This document shows, one piece after another, positions 47,496-59,416 of a DNA stretch of 64,000 bases. How positions within the stretch are numbered: the stretch's first letter is position 1; each line of letters opens with the position of its first letter. Both the position numbers and the translations under genes were made by a program. This DNA comes from an uncultured Verrucomicrobiae bacterium (lineage in GTDB: Bacteria > Verrucomicrobiota > Verrucomicrobiia > Chthoniobacterales > JAFAMB01), in NCBI GenBank assembly GCA_963762565.1, contig CAVXLD010000011.1, forward strand, positions 178,596 through 242,595, in the 5' to 3' direction. A model generated the notes under the pieces. It did no database searches. It was not told where the DNA came from and saw only the letters and a program-made list of their open reading frames with translations.

Positions 47496-48104
47496 ATGAT
47501 AAAACCTTACCTGTCGGTCGTCGCCGTTCTGATTATTGTGCTCAATGCATTGCTACTGATTCCTGCCACCAGCGCCTACACAGTTCCGGTAGCGCTGTTA
47601 GGACTTTTGTTAGGACTTTTTGTGTTGATTCTTTCGTTTCGAGCAGGCGCGAAGGCCACGCCCCCGTCTATAGGGGCTCCAGCTCCAGCGACCTTGCCGC
47701 CGCCCGTCACGGCTACCAACCAGGCCGAAACCGAGATCGTGGCATTCTTCGCCCTTCTTCAGGATAAGGGCCGCCTTGTGGATTTTCTGATGGAAGACCT
47801 GACCGCATTTGACGACGCGCGGGTCGGAGCTGCAGCCAGAGTCGTTCATCAAGGCTGTGGAGAAGTTCTAAAGGAATACTTCAAGATCACTTCAGTCTCC
47901 GAGGCAGAAGAAGGTTCTCAGGTCGTCGTGCCAGCGGGTTACGCTGCCGACCAATACCGGATGATTGGGAAACTGGCCGGAAATCCGCCCTTTACCGGCA
48001 AACTTGTTCACAAGGGCTGGAAGACCGAGTACGTGAAACTCCCGCGAAGCACCAAAACCGATCGCCTGCCAGCGATCGCACCTGCAGAGGTCGAAATTGG
48101 GTAG
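47496..48104 (+). CDS. DUF2760 domain membrane protein
   Basis: Two TM helices, then LLQDKGRLVDFLMED ... VGAAARVVHQGC ... PPFTGKLVHKGW ... IAPAEVE. Confidence 0.88.
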   Translation: MIKPYLSVVAVLIIVLNALLLIPATSAYTVPVALLGLLLGLFVLILSFRAGAKATPPSIGAPAPATLPPPVTATNQAETEIVAFFALLQDKGRLVDFLMEDLTAFDDARVGAAARVVHQGCGEVLKEYFKITSVSEAEEGSQVVVPAGYAADQYRMIGKLAGNPPFTGKLVHKGWKTEYVKLPRSTKTDRLPAIAPAEVEIG

Positions 48105-48120
48105 AATCGGTGGATAAACT

Positions 48121-50001
48121 ATGGAATCTGTGGCCCAAACTTCGGAACTCGCTACTGGTCAAGTCAGCGCACGTTTCAGTCTCGGGATCGATCTGGGAAC
48201 CAGCAACAGCGCGGTTGCAGTTGAGGATTTCGAGACCGGCCGCGCCGCAATTGTCGAGATCACTCAACTCCTTGGACCAAATCGGATCGGGGAAAAGGTG
48301 ACCCTTCCGTCTGCGATCTATGTCCCGCATCCAAATGAATTCCCGGAGGACGGATTGCTCCTTCCTTGGCAAGAAAAGGGTAGCGGCCTGATCATTGGGC
48401 ATTTCGCACGGGAGCACGGCGCATTGATCCCTGACCGGCTGGTCATTTCTGCGAAGTCTTGGTTGTCGAATTTCCACATCGACCCGAGAAAGCCGGTCCT
48501 TCCCTGGAAATCGGATATCGAGGAGCAAAAACTTTCCGCTTTAGAATGTTCCTGCCGTTATCTCGAGCACATGAAGGAAGGGTTTCTGTATGGAGAGCGG
48601 GCCGAGGGGCGAACATGGAATATCACGGAAGGGCAGATCGTCATCACCGTTCCCGCCTCATTCGATGAGGTCGCACGAAATCTAACTGCTGAGGCTGCAC
48701 AGGCCGCGGGCTTTGGCAAAGTCATCCTCCTGGAAGAGCCTCAGGCAGCCTTTTATGCGTGGATGGCGCAGTCCGGAAACGGTTGGCGAAACCAAGTCAG
48801 CCCCGGGGATATCATCCTGGTCTGCGACGTCGGAGGGGGTACCGCGGATTTCAGTCTGATCGCAATCGCCGAAAAAAAGGGGAATCTCGAAGTAGAACGG
48901 ATCAGTGTCGGCGAGCATATCCTTTTGGGAGGTGACAACATGGACTTGGCGCTTGCCTACGCGCTCAATGCGCAACTGGAAGCGGCAGGGAAATCGATCG
49001 ACCGATGGCAGTTTCTCGCCTTAGTTCATGCCGCCGGCAACGCCAAAGTAAGCCTGTTCACCGATCTGGGGCTCGACCAAATTCCGATCGCCGTTCCATC
49101 TCGAGGATCAAGTCTGTTGGCTAAAACCATCTCAACTACGTTGGATCGCGCCATGCTTGAACAAATCATCCTGAACGGCTTTTTTCCCCTGACCAGTGTC
49201 TCTGACTTGCCACAGGAAAGCCGCGGCGCCGGCCTTCGAGAGTTCGGTCTTCCCTACGCAGCGGATCCGGTTGTTAGCAAGCACCTCGCGCGATTCCTCA
49301 GGCGAAGCCTGACCAACGTGAAAGCCAGTGAAACACTGGGCGCGCTCGTGAAATTCCAAACGCTCGAAGGCGAGCATATCAAGCCGACTGCCGTTCTTTT
49401 CAATGGAGGTGTATTCAACGCTGCCCCAATCCGCCACCGCGTTCTCGATTTGCTAGCGTCATGGAACGATGGGATCCCGGTTCGAGAACTTCAGGGATTC
49501 CAACCCGACCTGGCGGTTGCCAAAGGAGCTGCTTTGTACGGTCGTAACCGTGCTACCGGCAAGGGGATTCGGATCAAGGCTGGCACCGCCCGCTCCTACT
49601 ACCTTGGTTTGGAATCGACCATGCCCGCGATCCCGGGATTTAAGCCACCGATCAAAGCCATCTGCGTCGTTCCGCAAGGGATGGAGGAGGGGAGCGAGTT
49701 GCTGATTGATGCGCAGGAGTTCGGGCTCATGACCGGACAGCCTGCTGACTTTCGCTTCTTCGCGTCCGAAGTCCGCAGCGGCGACCTGCCTGGCCAAATC
49801 ATCTCCAACGCCGAGCGCGAGTTGGAAGAAACCAGCAGAATTGAGGTAACGTTACCTGCTGTCGAGGGATTTCCTGAAGGCCAGACGATTCCAGTCGTCA
49901 TTAATCCAATGGTGACCGAGCTTGGTAACCTTGAGCTCTGGATGAAACATACCCGCTCGGAGCGCCGTTGGAAGCTCGAGTTTCAGCTGCGGATGGAATA
50001 A
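48121..50001 (+). CDS. Hsp70-family (DnaK-related) protein
   Basis: GIDLGTSNS, SAKSWL, ITVPASFD, LEEPQAA, DVGGGTADF, GGDNMD, LFNGG. Confidence 0.9.
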   Translation: MESVAQTSELATGQVSARFSLGIDLGTSNSAVAVEDFETGRAAIVEITQLLGPNRIGEKVTLPSAIYVPHPNEFPEDGLLLPWQEKGSGLIIGHFAREHGALIPDRLVISAKSWLSNFHIDPRKPVLPWKSDIEEQKLSALECSCRYLEHMKEGFLYGERAEGRTWNITEGQIVITVPASFDEVARNLTAEAAQAAGFGKVILLEEPQAAFYAWMAQSGNGWRNQVSPGDIILVCDVGGGTADFSLIAIAEKKGNLEVERISVGEHILLGGDNMDLALAYALNAQLEAAGKSIDRWQFLALVHAAGNAKVSLFTDLGLDQIPIAVPSRGSSLLAKTISTTLDRAMLEQIILNGFFPLTSVSDLPQESRGAGLREFGLPYAADPVVSKHLARFLRRSLTNVKASETLGALVKFQTLEGEHIKPTAVLFNGGVFNAAPIRHRVLDLLASWNDGIPVRELQGFQPDLAVAKGAALYGRNRATGKGIRIKAGTARSYYLGLESTMPAIPGFKPPIKAICVVPQGMEEGSELLIDAQEFGLMTGQPADFRFFASEVRSGDLPGQIISNAERELEETSRIEVTLPAVEGFPEGQTIPVVINPMVTELGNLELWMKHTRSERRWKLEFQLRME

Positions 50002-50041
50002 TCCTCGAGGCCCGGATCATACCGTGTCCTACGTGACATCG

Positions 50042-50061
50042 CACCTTCGGCGCCGAAGGTG
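50042..50061. repeat. Perfect 20-nt palindrome between the two Hsp70 genes
   Basis: caccttcggcgccgaaggtg. Confidence 0.55.
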
Positions 50062-50131
50062 TCCTCAATGGCAAACGCCTTTAGCCATTAACTCGCGAAC
50101 AATCCTGGCTTAACTTCCTAACAGGACTGCT

Positions 50132-52879
50132 ATGGCAAAATTCAGCATCGGCATCGACCTTGGCACAACAAATTGCGCCATGGCATTCGCGCCTCTCGAA
50201 ACCGCCAATCCGCATTCGAAGACATTTCTAATTTCCCAATGGGAAACCTTGACCGGATTTTCAGAGGCTTCGACGCTGCCTTCCTTTCTTTACCTGCCAA
50301 CGGAATACGAAGTCGCCCAGATTTCGCGACAAGGCACAAGGACAGGGGAATGGATCCCAGGTCGCCTTGCAAGAAAGCAAGCGGTCGAATCACCCGGACG
50401 TGTGGCACACTCCGCCAAGTCGTGGCTGTGCCATCACTCGGTGGATCGAAGTGCACCCTTTCTCCCCTGGCGATCGGACGAAGTCCCTGTCGAGAAAAGG
50501 ATTTCACCGATCCGAGCATCCGCGCTTCTACTCGAATACCTTCGCATCGCCTGGGATATGCAGCTCGCCCACGAGGGTGCCCATTTCGACGAACAAGAGA
50601 TTACTATCACCGTTCCGGCATCTTTCGATGCAGCCGCACAACGCCTCACTTTGGACGCCGCGTCGGAAGCTGGTTTTCCGGAAACGGTCCGATTGTTGGA
50701 GGAACCACAGGCAGCATTTTACTGTTGGCTGGAGCAGCATCGAGGCCGGGACGGGCTCTGGGAGCGGATTCCTGGCAACCGCGCTCACCACGTACTTGTC
50801 ATTGATATCGGCGGCGGTACCTCCGATTTCAGCCTTTTCGAGATCACTCGTCGAAGCGGAACGACGCCTCCGAACATTAAACGAATCGCAGTGGGTGACC
50901 ATCTGCTTCTTGGCGGCGACAACATCGATCTCGCGCTGGCGCACCATGTAGAATCGCGACTGGCAAACGACGAGCTTTCCCCAACCCAATGGAATTTTCT
51001 CGTGGCTCGCTGTCGCGATGTGAAGGAGCGCTGCCTAACCGAGCCCTCCGGAGATTCCTTTCCGGTCTCGATCCCCGGACGCGGATCGAGTCTGCTCGGC
51101 GGCGCGCTTAGTGCCAGGATCACGCGTGCCGAGGTTGAGTCGATCGTGCTGGACGGATTTTTCCCCGAGTGTGATTCCGGTGAACGGCCAGCGCGAACCC
51201 AGGCTGGGTTGCGAGAATGGGCCCTCCCTTACGCTGCGGACAGTGCGGTTACGCGCTACCTCGCCGAGTTTCTTTCTGGTCTCCCGTCTGTAGAGGCAAT
51301 CCTCTTCAATGGCGGATCGCTCTATCCCGCAACGTTGCGCCGCCGGCTCCAGCAGCAGATCGCTCGTTGGCAGGGCGGCAGCGAACCACAAATCCTTGAT
51401 AATACAACACTGGACCTTGCGGTTGCCATTGGAGCCGCAAGCTTTGGCGGGATTATCTATCGACGCGCCCAGCGCATCGAGGCCGGGGCAGCCCGCGCCA
51501 TTTATCTCGAGGTGCGCAAACGGACCCGGGAAGAAAACCCGCTTCTTGTCTGTCTTCTGCCCCGGAACGCGCCATCGGAAGAAGAATATCGAATTTCTCA
51601 ACCTGGGCTAGAGCTTCGGGTAAATCGTCTGGTTAGGTTCCACCCTTATTACTCGGCGCGAGGGGACCCAAGCCACAAAGCCGGCTCCCTGGTAACGTGG
51701 AATGACCGCGATTTCCAACCATTACCTCCGCTCCAAACCACTGCTCGAATTACGGGTCCCGCTCCAAACGACAACCAGCTTCCAGTCACCCTGACTGCCC
51801 GAATGAACGAGCTCGGTTTGCTTCGGGTTGCCTGCATCAGCGCAAATCCATCGATACAAAAATCATGGTTGCTTGAGTTCGATCTTCGCCCCCACCTGCT
51901 TGAGGACGGAGACTCGGAACAGATTGATACCGCTGCCGATCTGGGAACTGAGCCGACCAAATTGGATGGTGCGCTCCACCGTATCACAACGCTTTTTTCA
52001 CGGCCTTTGGACGGGCGCGACAAGCTCACTGCCAATCATCTTCTCAAAAGCCTCGAAAAGATTCTCGGAATGCCCAGAGCTGATTGGAATCTGCTGCTGA
52101 TTCGGTCACTGTGGCCCGCTCTTAGCGAGAGCTTTTCTTGCCGCGAAGAATCAAGCGAACACGAGGAAGCATGGTTGATCCTGGCCGGGTTTCTTCTTCG
52201 GCCCGGATTCGGAGGAGAAGGGGATACCGCGCGGATCGACGACCTGTGGCGGCTTCACACGAGCAAACTCGCTTATCCCGGGAAACGCAGCCAAATTCAG
52301 CAGTATATCCTCTGGAGACGGGTTGCCGGCGGCCTGACCCAGGAGCGACAGGAGCTGATCCTGGCTCCGGAACTGCGAAGCCTGCGCCTAAAGAAAAATC
52401 TGCCTGCGGAGTTTGTTCGGCTTGTCGGCTCACTCGAAAGAATCGGCTCGAACCTGAAAACGGAGATGATCGATCTCTTTCTGGAGACCGCACCCGAACT
52501 GGCCATCACGAAACAATACACCGCACCTTATCTGGTGGCGCTTGGGCTACTTCTGAATCGTACACCGTTTTACGCCGGTCCGGATTGCGTTGTTCCACCG
52601 GTGCAAGTGGAACGAGCATTCGAAGCGTTATCGGATCTCGATTGGAGCGCACCCGAATTAGCGGAGGTACAGACCCTTTTTCTCCGCGCCGGACGGATCG
52701 TGGACGACCCAGCCATTGATCTGCCAAAAGGGCTCCGGGAAAAGATCGTTTCGAAACTGGCGAAATCCGGGGTTGCCGAGGTCAAGCTCGGAAGACTCCG
52801 CAAGTTTATACCAATCGCCGGATCGGAGCGCACCAGTCTCTTCGGTGAATCTCTTCCGCCCGGTCTGATGATTAGCTAA
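50132..52879 (+). CDS. Hsp70-family protein with DUF3731-like C-terminal domain
   Basis: GIDLGTTNC, DIGGGTSDF, GGDNID; C-terminal WLILAGFLLRPGFG, WRRVAGGL, FGESLPPGL. Confidence 0.9.
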   Translation: MAKFSIGIDLGTTNCAMAFAPLETANPHSKTFLISQWETLTGFSEASTLPSFLYLPTEYEVAQISRQGTRTGEWIPGRLARKQAVESPGRVAHSAKSWLCHHSVDRSAPFLPWRSDEVPVEKRISPIRASALLLEYLRIAWDMQLAHEGAHFDEQEITITVPASFDAAAQRLTLDAASEAGFPETVRLLEEPQAAFYCWLEQHRGRDGLWERIPGNRAHHVLVIDIGGGTSDFSLFEITRRSGTTPPNIKRIAVGDHLLLGGDNIDLALAHHVESRLANDELSPTQWNFLVARCRDVKERCLTEPSGDSFPVSIPGRGSSLLGGALSARITRAEVESIVLDGFFPECDSGERPARTQAGLREWALPYAADSAVTRYLAEFLSGLPSVEAILFNGGSLYPATLRRRLQQQIARWQGGSEPQILDNTTLDLAVAIGAASFGGIIYRRAQRIEAGAARAIYLEVRKRTREENPLLVCLLPRNAPSEEEYRISQPGLELRVNRLVRFHPYYSARGDPSHKAGSLVTWNDRDFQPLPPLQTTARITGPAPNDNQLPVTLTARMNELGLLRVACISANPSIQKSWLLEFDLRPHLLEDGDSEQIDTAADLGTEPTKLDGALHRITTLFSRPLDGRDKLTANHLLKSLEKILGMPRADWNLLLIRSLWPALSESFSCREESSEHEEAWLILAGFLLRPGFGGEGDTARIDDLWRLHTSKLAYPGKRSQIQQYILWRRVAGGLTQERQELILAPELRSLRLKKNLPAEFVRLVGSLERIGSNLKTEMIDLFLETAPELAITKQYTAPYLVALGLLLNRTPFYAGPDCVVPPVQVERAFEALSDLDWSAPELAEVQTLFLRAGRIVDDPAIDLPKGLREKIVSKLAKSGVAEVKLGRLRKFIPIAGSERTSLFGESLPPGLMIS

Positions 52880-53154
52880 CGCGTACGCCTTGACCCGGAA
52901 CCGAACCTCAGGCCGAAGCTTTCAAGCTCCACCTCGAGGATGTCGGCGAGTTGACCCCTGGAAGGAGGGATGCACACCGCGCGATCCGTATCTACCGCTG
53001 AACCCATGGGGATTAGGATCCCGATTCTGGTCTAAATTCCCCGTCAGGAGAAGCTTCTGGATGATACCCAAGCTCTCCTCTATTGTGATCATGAATTTGA
53101 TCGCCAATTTGTCATTCCTTTATCATAAACCCGAAAACCCCGCGGTGACTCGCC

Positions 53155-53700
53155 TTGACTGATCCTGATCATCTCAAATCCGCTGCCGAGTATCTGCTTC
53201 AAGTCGCGCGCAGCTCTGAAGGCCGCCGCTACCGCAAGCAGCCCAAGATCGACGCATTGAGAGAGTATAAGGACGAGATCCTGGAGGCGCACCGCTGGGC
53301 CGCTAGCGCGGCTGTGAGAGGTGAGAAGTGATTAGTGAGAAGTGAGAGGGGGAGGGGATTGGTGAAACGTGAAAAGTGAAAGGCTGAGAAATGATTAGTG
53401 AACGGTGATTGATCAGCGTCCACCGGATCGCACAGATTTTCAGGGAACGTGGTGTTGATATCTCCGTGCCCCATTTGGTGCGTACAGTCCGGCGTTTTGT
53501 CGACGAAGAAGAGCGGGCCGGTAAGGGGGCACCCGCTCCACTCCATCTAGCGAGTCCTATGGCAAAGGAACGCCAACCGGAATCGTCTGCCGCTGAAGCA
53601 ACGAAGCCAAAGGCCCCGGTCACGTACCAGGTTTCTGAGCAACCCAGCAGCAAAGTCCAGGAGGAGGAATTGGCAAATGAGAGGACGCGGGCTGGGAGGG
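53155..53700 (+). pseudogene. HTH-like gene copy 3, split by a ~116-bp heptamer insertion (53296-53412)
   Basis: Both halves align to 40292-40921; upstream region 53049-53154 matches 40187-40291. Confidence 0.85.
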
Positions 53701-54291
53701 TAGTTCACAGAAGACTCCGTCATCTGTTCAGCAACGAAGCGAAAAGCAGCGGCATTCGCCTGGTCGTTAAGCTGGATTACCGCACTACATCTTTTCTAGC
53801 TTCCAGACTGCCAGGCGTACACAGTGCAGAGCGAGAACGCGTTTCAGATCGAGTAGGAGCACAAAGACGATTTAGTCACGGCTCCACGCTCCGCAATCTT
53901 ACTTGAAAGCGTGTCAACTTCCGAAGAAAAAGACGCGTATTGAAGAGATGGCACCCGCCAGTTCAATGGGCAGCACACAGAGCGAGGCTTCCACGACTGC
54001 CACCAAAAATACAACCTGCCAAAACATCGAACCCGGTAACGAAAGGCGCTCGTGTTTCCTGTTTGTTACTGCAAACAACTTCATACCAGTTGTACGCTCT
54101 CGGACACTTGCTTGCATGATAATTGCAGAAAAAAGGCGGATTCATGACCAAACGAAAGATCGCATCGTGCGAATTTCCTATCGTTGTGACAAATCTTTCC
54201 TGAAGTCCAGCGCGGGACACAACCGAAGAGATGCTTCTGTCATCTTTCGTTCCTTTCTGTCTAGGAATTTGTGCTTCTGTATACATAAAGC

Positions 54292-55330
54292 ATGAAAGTT
54301 ATTGCGATCAACGAGTTCGGTGCGACCGATAAATTTTTCGAGAGAGCGGGACATCCGCGGCCGCGTGCGGATGAAGTCCTGATTCGGATTCGAGCCGGTT
54401 CATTCAATCCAATCGATTATAAGATCCGGCAGGGCCGTTTCGGCGGCGATCTTCCGATGGTGCTTGGTCATGATGCGGCCGGAGTCATTGAAGAGGTGGG
54501 AAGCAACGTTGGCCGGCTGCGAGTTGGCGACGAAGTCTGGGCCTACCTCGGCGGGCCATGCAGCAACGGCGCGTATGCAGAATATGCCTGCATGCCGCAC
54601 GAATTCGTAACGGTCAGGCCTCGAATATTGTCCTTTGAAGAAGCCGCTTCCGTTCCGGTCTCCGGCTTGACCGCAAATCAGTCCATCCGCCTCAAAGCCA
54701 GACCGACTCCAAATGATTCGGTTTTTATCGCGGCGGTGCCGGGGGGCTCGGTTCTGCCGCCATCCAGATATTGCAGATGATCGGTGTGGAGAAAATTGTC
54801 GACCACGTCCGGCACGGGAAGCCAGTACCAATTCATGGTCGATGAGCTGCGGTTGAGTCCCGAGCAAGTTATTGATTATCCCGGCAAAGGATTGAAACAA
54901 TTGACCGAAGAGGCGATCGCGGCAAACGGTGGCTGCTCTTTTCGACAAGACGCTGGATTTCGTCGGAGGCGAGATGAAACGTCTCTGTTTTGAATTGGTG
55001 GATTTCGATGGAGACATCGTGTCGACGGTCGAAGAGATCGACCCGTTTGCCGTGCCGGTCTGGCACGGAAGAGCGAGCCCGCTTTTCCGCAGATCGGCCT
55101 CCCTCCATTTTCACTTCGCTGGGAGCGACGAGGCCTTTACGGCTCGAAAGAAACCTGGCCGGGTATACGCTCAACAACTCCATGAATTAACATTCCTTTA
55201 TGAAGCCCAGAGACTATGGCCGGTGGGAGTCCAAAATATTGGCGAACTCTCAGTCGAAACAATCCGGCGAGGCCACGAGATGCTCGAAGCCGGCGGTGTT
55301 CAAGGGAAACTGGTCTACTCGGTCCCCTAA
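54292..55330 (+). pseudogene. MDR-family quinone oxidoreductase with two frameshifts (~54740, ~54940)
   Basis: MKVIAINEFG, NPIDYKIR, VLGHDAAG, GAYAEY, ... GVQGKLV spread over three frames. Confidence 0.8.
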
Positions 55331-56496
55331 CTAGCTAGCCCTCGATGACCCGGCTGACCAACATGTCATTATGCGTATTGACTGAAAAAAACTGCGATCA
55401 GCAACGCACGCGCGTAGGACGGCAGGGCAAGCGGCGCAGCGCTGAGTACCAGTAGTAATTCTGGATTCTCGCGACAGGGGAAAAAGAAAAAATAGAAGCT
55501 GAAGAGCTGGTAAAGGAAAGACTGCCTTTTACTAAATGGGAGCTAATTCCAAAAGAAAAGGAGGATTTTAATAGGGTTGCGCTCGCTAATCGAAACTCTC
55601 ACTGAACTTGTGGCAGCTTGCCGAGGCGCGCATCAGCTCCTTGCCTAGGAACGTTTTGCAATATTGGTCGGTGGCGCCGATTTTCCGGATCAGTAAAACC
55701 CAGCATCCTGTATTACCGATACACCCGCTTCGTGCCGGCTACCGGCCAAAGAAACCAGGCCGTCTTCGCAAGCGAAACGATGATCGCGTAGACGTTGAGT
55801 GGTTCGAAGTCACGAAATCATTTAACCAAGGGAAGATAAAGGAGCTTAGAGAGATGAACAGAAGGACCACTTGGACACCAAGCAGAAATCCGAGCCATCT
55901 GCGCAGAACTGGGCTTCTACCAATAAGCCAGGCGTCATTGCCAATCCAAACGGCAGGGTCAAAGTGGCAAGCAGCTCTAACAGAATATCGATCTCGGTCG
56001 CGTTAGAATAGTTGCGCGGAGAAGAGTTAAGGGCGGCTGATTCTTCCAAGACATTTTGGCAGACGAGAAAAAGGGTGCCGGAAATGACGAGGTAAAAGCC
56101 CAGCTCGGACAACTTTGGCCTTTCGATCATAAGCCGCCGATACATCGGCCCAATAGCCGATGACGCAAGTGATTGGGTCAAGAAGTAGTAGAACGCAGAG
56201 CCGAACTCCGGATCCCGGCGTCGCTGGTAGAACCAAGAAAGTCAGGCAGGCCAAGGCATCGACAAGCGAAGCGGCGCTGCCAATAACGTCAGCCCAGCTG
56301 CGTTCAGATACCTCGTTAGATCTTTCTACTTCTACTTCGTCCAAAGGCCCCTCTAGTCTTCTTTTGACATGTCATAACATCACCGGGAACCGCCGTGACC
56401 CCGAGTTATGAAAAACATTGAAAATATAGATTATCTTGCCAGACTGCGACCTTTTTCGTATGCTGCCGCCAGCTTGGTCTTACTCATTCCCGACCG

Positions 56497-57086
56497 AAAA
56501 CACCGCGGCGACTCGCATTGATTGATCCGGATCTTGATATTCTCAAATCCGCTCGTCGCAGAGAGGAAAAGAAAAAGCTGGCTCGATCAGAGGGGGAACA
56601 GGTTCTGGGGACCAATCGAGCCAGCAAAACTACCGTATGAAAATCCGATTTCTAATCAACAACTTTTTTGCGGACCGGTGGTGTTCACAACTTTTCCGTC
56701 GACCGGATTCGAGGACGAGGACGAGAACGAAGCGACGCACGAGAATGCAAGGAAGAGATCGTGGAAGCGCTAGGCCGCTGACGCGGCTGTGAGAAGTGAG
56801 AAGTGATTGGTGAGAAGCGAGAGGTGGAGGGGGTTTGGTGAAAGGTGAAAAGTGAAAGGTCAGAGGCCCGACTCTGAGCAAGCGAAGCGGGTCGCACGAG
56901 TGATTCGTGAGAAGTGATTCGTGATTGGTAATCCGATCGAAGCGACATAATCAAAGCCCCGACCTCTCTGGACCGTCCAGTAGCCACCAGGCTTTGGCTG
57001 ATGGCCAGAGGATTATCACAACTGATTTTCAAGACGTTTCGGCATATTTCCAACCCATTTTGCTTTTTGTTAGCGAGGAACGAGCG
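56497..57086 (+). repeat. Degenerate HTH-gene head (copy 4) plus heptamers plus linker shared with 45640-45795
   Basis: ccgcggcgactcgcattga; ggaagagatc...; cacaactgattttcaagacgtt; cccattttgctttttg...gcgaggaacgagcga. Confidence 0.75.
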
Positions 57087-57187
57087 ATCGTTGCCACACC
57101 TCAAGACCACTCTTGAACCGCCCTCATGGCCTTGTAGATATTGGGGCTGCAACTCATCCCCATAACATCCCCCCAATCCCCCATATT

Positions 57188-58991
57188 ATGCATCTGCCAC
57201 GCCGCTTTGCCCTTTGTTGTTTGTTCTCTATTGGGTCGCTCGGTCTGGTTCGCGCGACGCCGCCTGATTTCGGACCGAACGTGATGATCTTTGACCCCAG
57301 CATGCCGACGAGCCAGATCCAGGCGACCGTCGACGCCATCGCCAACCAGCAGGTCTCCAACCAGTTCGGAACGCAGCGCTACGCACTGCTGTTCAAGCCC
57401 GGCACATATGGATCCAGCGCCAACCCCCTCAATTTTCAGGTTGGCTACTACACCGCCGTGGCGGGCCTCGGCCTCTCCCCGAACGACGTCGTCATCAACG
57501 GGTCCATCGACGTGTACAACCAGTGCAGCGACGGCAGCTGCGTCGCGCTCATTAACTTCTGGCGCTCCCTGTCGAACCTGACCATCAACGTGACCAACCC
57601 GAGCTTCGGCTGCCACACCGGCGAATTCTGGGCCGTGTCGCAGGCTGCGCCGATGCGTCGCGTCCACATCAACGGGCTTGCCACCTTCGATGGATTATTG
57701 CACCGGCCCGTCGTTTGCCAGCGGCGGCTTCATCGCCGATTCGGAGTTCGCCGGCAGCACCGTGATCAACGGCTCGCAGCAGCAATGGTTGACCAGGAAC
57801 AGCAATCTCGATGGCTGGACCAACGGCGTCTGGAACCAGGTGTTCTCCGGCGTCATGGGTGCGCCCGCGCAGTGTTTTCCCGGTCATTGCCCGATGCGGC
57901 GGAATCCCTACACTACGCTCGCCACCAGCCCGGTGACCCGAGAGGCGCCATACCTTTACATGGACTCCAGCTGGGAACTACAACGTCTTCGTCCCCGCGG
58001 TGCAGACGAACTCCGCGGGCACGACGTGGGGCAGCGGCGCGACGCCCGGCTCGTCCATCCCAATCGAGAAGTTCTTCATCGCGCAGCCGACGGACTCCGC
58101 GGCGAAAATCAATGGAGCTTGCTCTTCGGCAAGAACCTCATCCTGACTCCGGGCGTCTACAACCTGAACCGCGCATCGATGGTCACGCGTCCCGACACAG
58201 TGGTGCTCGGTCTCGGTTTCCCCACACTGATCCCGCAAAACGGAAATGCGTCGATGATCGTCGCTCAACGCCAAGGGAGTGATGCTCTCGGGGATCATCT
58301 TCGACGCGGGCCCGACAAACTCTCCGGTGCTACTGCAGGTCGGGAGCTCCATTCCGCGGCATTGACAGTGCCAGCCTCCGACCCGTCGGCTCTTCAGGAT
58401 GTGTTCTTCCGCATCGGCGGCGCTGAGCCGGGAAAGGCGACCATCAGCCTGTCAGTCAACAGCGACAACGTCATCCTCGATGACATCTGGGCATGGCGGG
58501 CCGACCACGGCAACGGCGTGGGCTGGACGGGCAACACCGCCGACACGGGCGTGATCGTCAACGGCAACAACGTCACCGCTTACGGCCTGTTCGTCGAGCA
58601 CTACCAGAAATACGAGGTGATCTGGAACGGCAATGGGGGCACGGACATCTTCTTCCAAAACGAGATGCCCTACGACCCGCCTAGCCAGGCGGCCTGGATG
58701 GAGGCTCCCGGCGTCGATGGCTGGGCAGCCTTCAAGGTCGCCAACACCGTGACCAGCTTCAAAGGATATGGTATGGGCAGCTACAGCTTCTTCAACCAGG
58801 GCGTAAACATCTACGCCGCGAACGCGTTTGAGGTCCCCGCCACCCTCCCGCCGTCGAGCCTGAATGATCTGCTCACGATCTTTCTCAGTACGGCGGGATC
58901 CGGCGGCATCCTGAACGTGATCAACGGCACAGGAGGGTCGTCGACCATCGCCAATCCGGATACTCCGGTCACTGTCGTGAGCTACCCTTGA
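57188..58991 (+). pseudogene. Secreted GH55-like beta-1,3-glucanase (bacterial Lam55A type), about five frameshifts
   Basis: PDFGPNVMIFDPSM, RYALLFKPGTY, NFWRSLSN, WAVSQAAPMRR, WAWRADHG, EHYQKY, FFQNEMPYD. Confidence 0.75.
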
Positions 58992-59119
58992 AGGCTTGAC
59001 GCCGCATCTGATCCCGGGTCATCAACGCCCCTCTATAGTGGGCGGCGCTTGAGGTTTAGCTAAGAGGGGTCACATCTTTTTAAAGTTTAAAGATACATCA
59101 GTGACGCATTTGAAGACAG

Positions 59120-59379
59120 CGGCCTGCGGCTTGCGCGCTACCTGGCCGCGGGAGGCTCGCCGCCATCGCGGGCACTGGAGCCGGCTCTTAAGACAACGCC
59201 TAAGCGTGAGGGACCTGCTTCTAAGGCGGACGCCAAAACCAAGGTGGCAACGGGGAGCGAGAAGCCCCGCGAGGAAGAATTGGCGAAGGAGAGGCGGCGG
59301 GCGGGGACGGGGGTTCACAAAGTGCCGGTATCAGGTTCGGGGCGAGGGGAGAAGCAGCGATCTTCGCCGGGTCGTTAGA
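59120..59379 (+). pseudogene. 3' fragment of the HTH-like gene
   Basis: Aligns to about 40660-40921 (LRLARYLA, TPK, EELAKERRRAG, SGRGEKQR..PGR*). Confidence 0.75.
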
Positions 59380-59416
59380 AGCCCAGAGTTTCCTTTGGGA
59401 AAGGAATTAGCCTGAC

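Noticed and set aside
48121..52879. Canonical dnaK locus
   Set aside because: Divergent motifs and C-termini, no grpE or dnaJ, and DUF2760 context.
55846..56344. Overlapping hydrophobic minus-strand ORFs
   Set aside because: No recognisable family and no convincing start; possibly a decayed membrane gene but unsupported.
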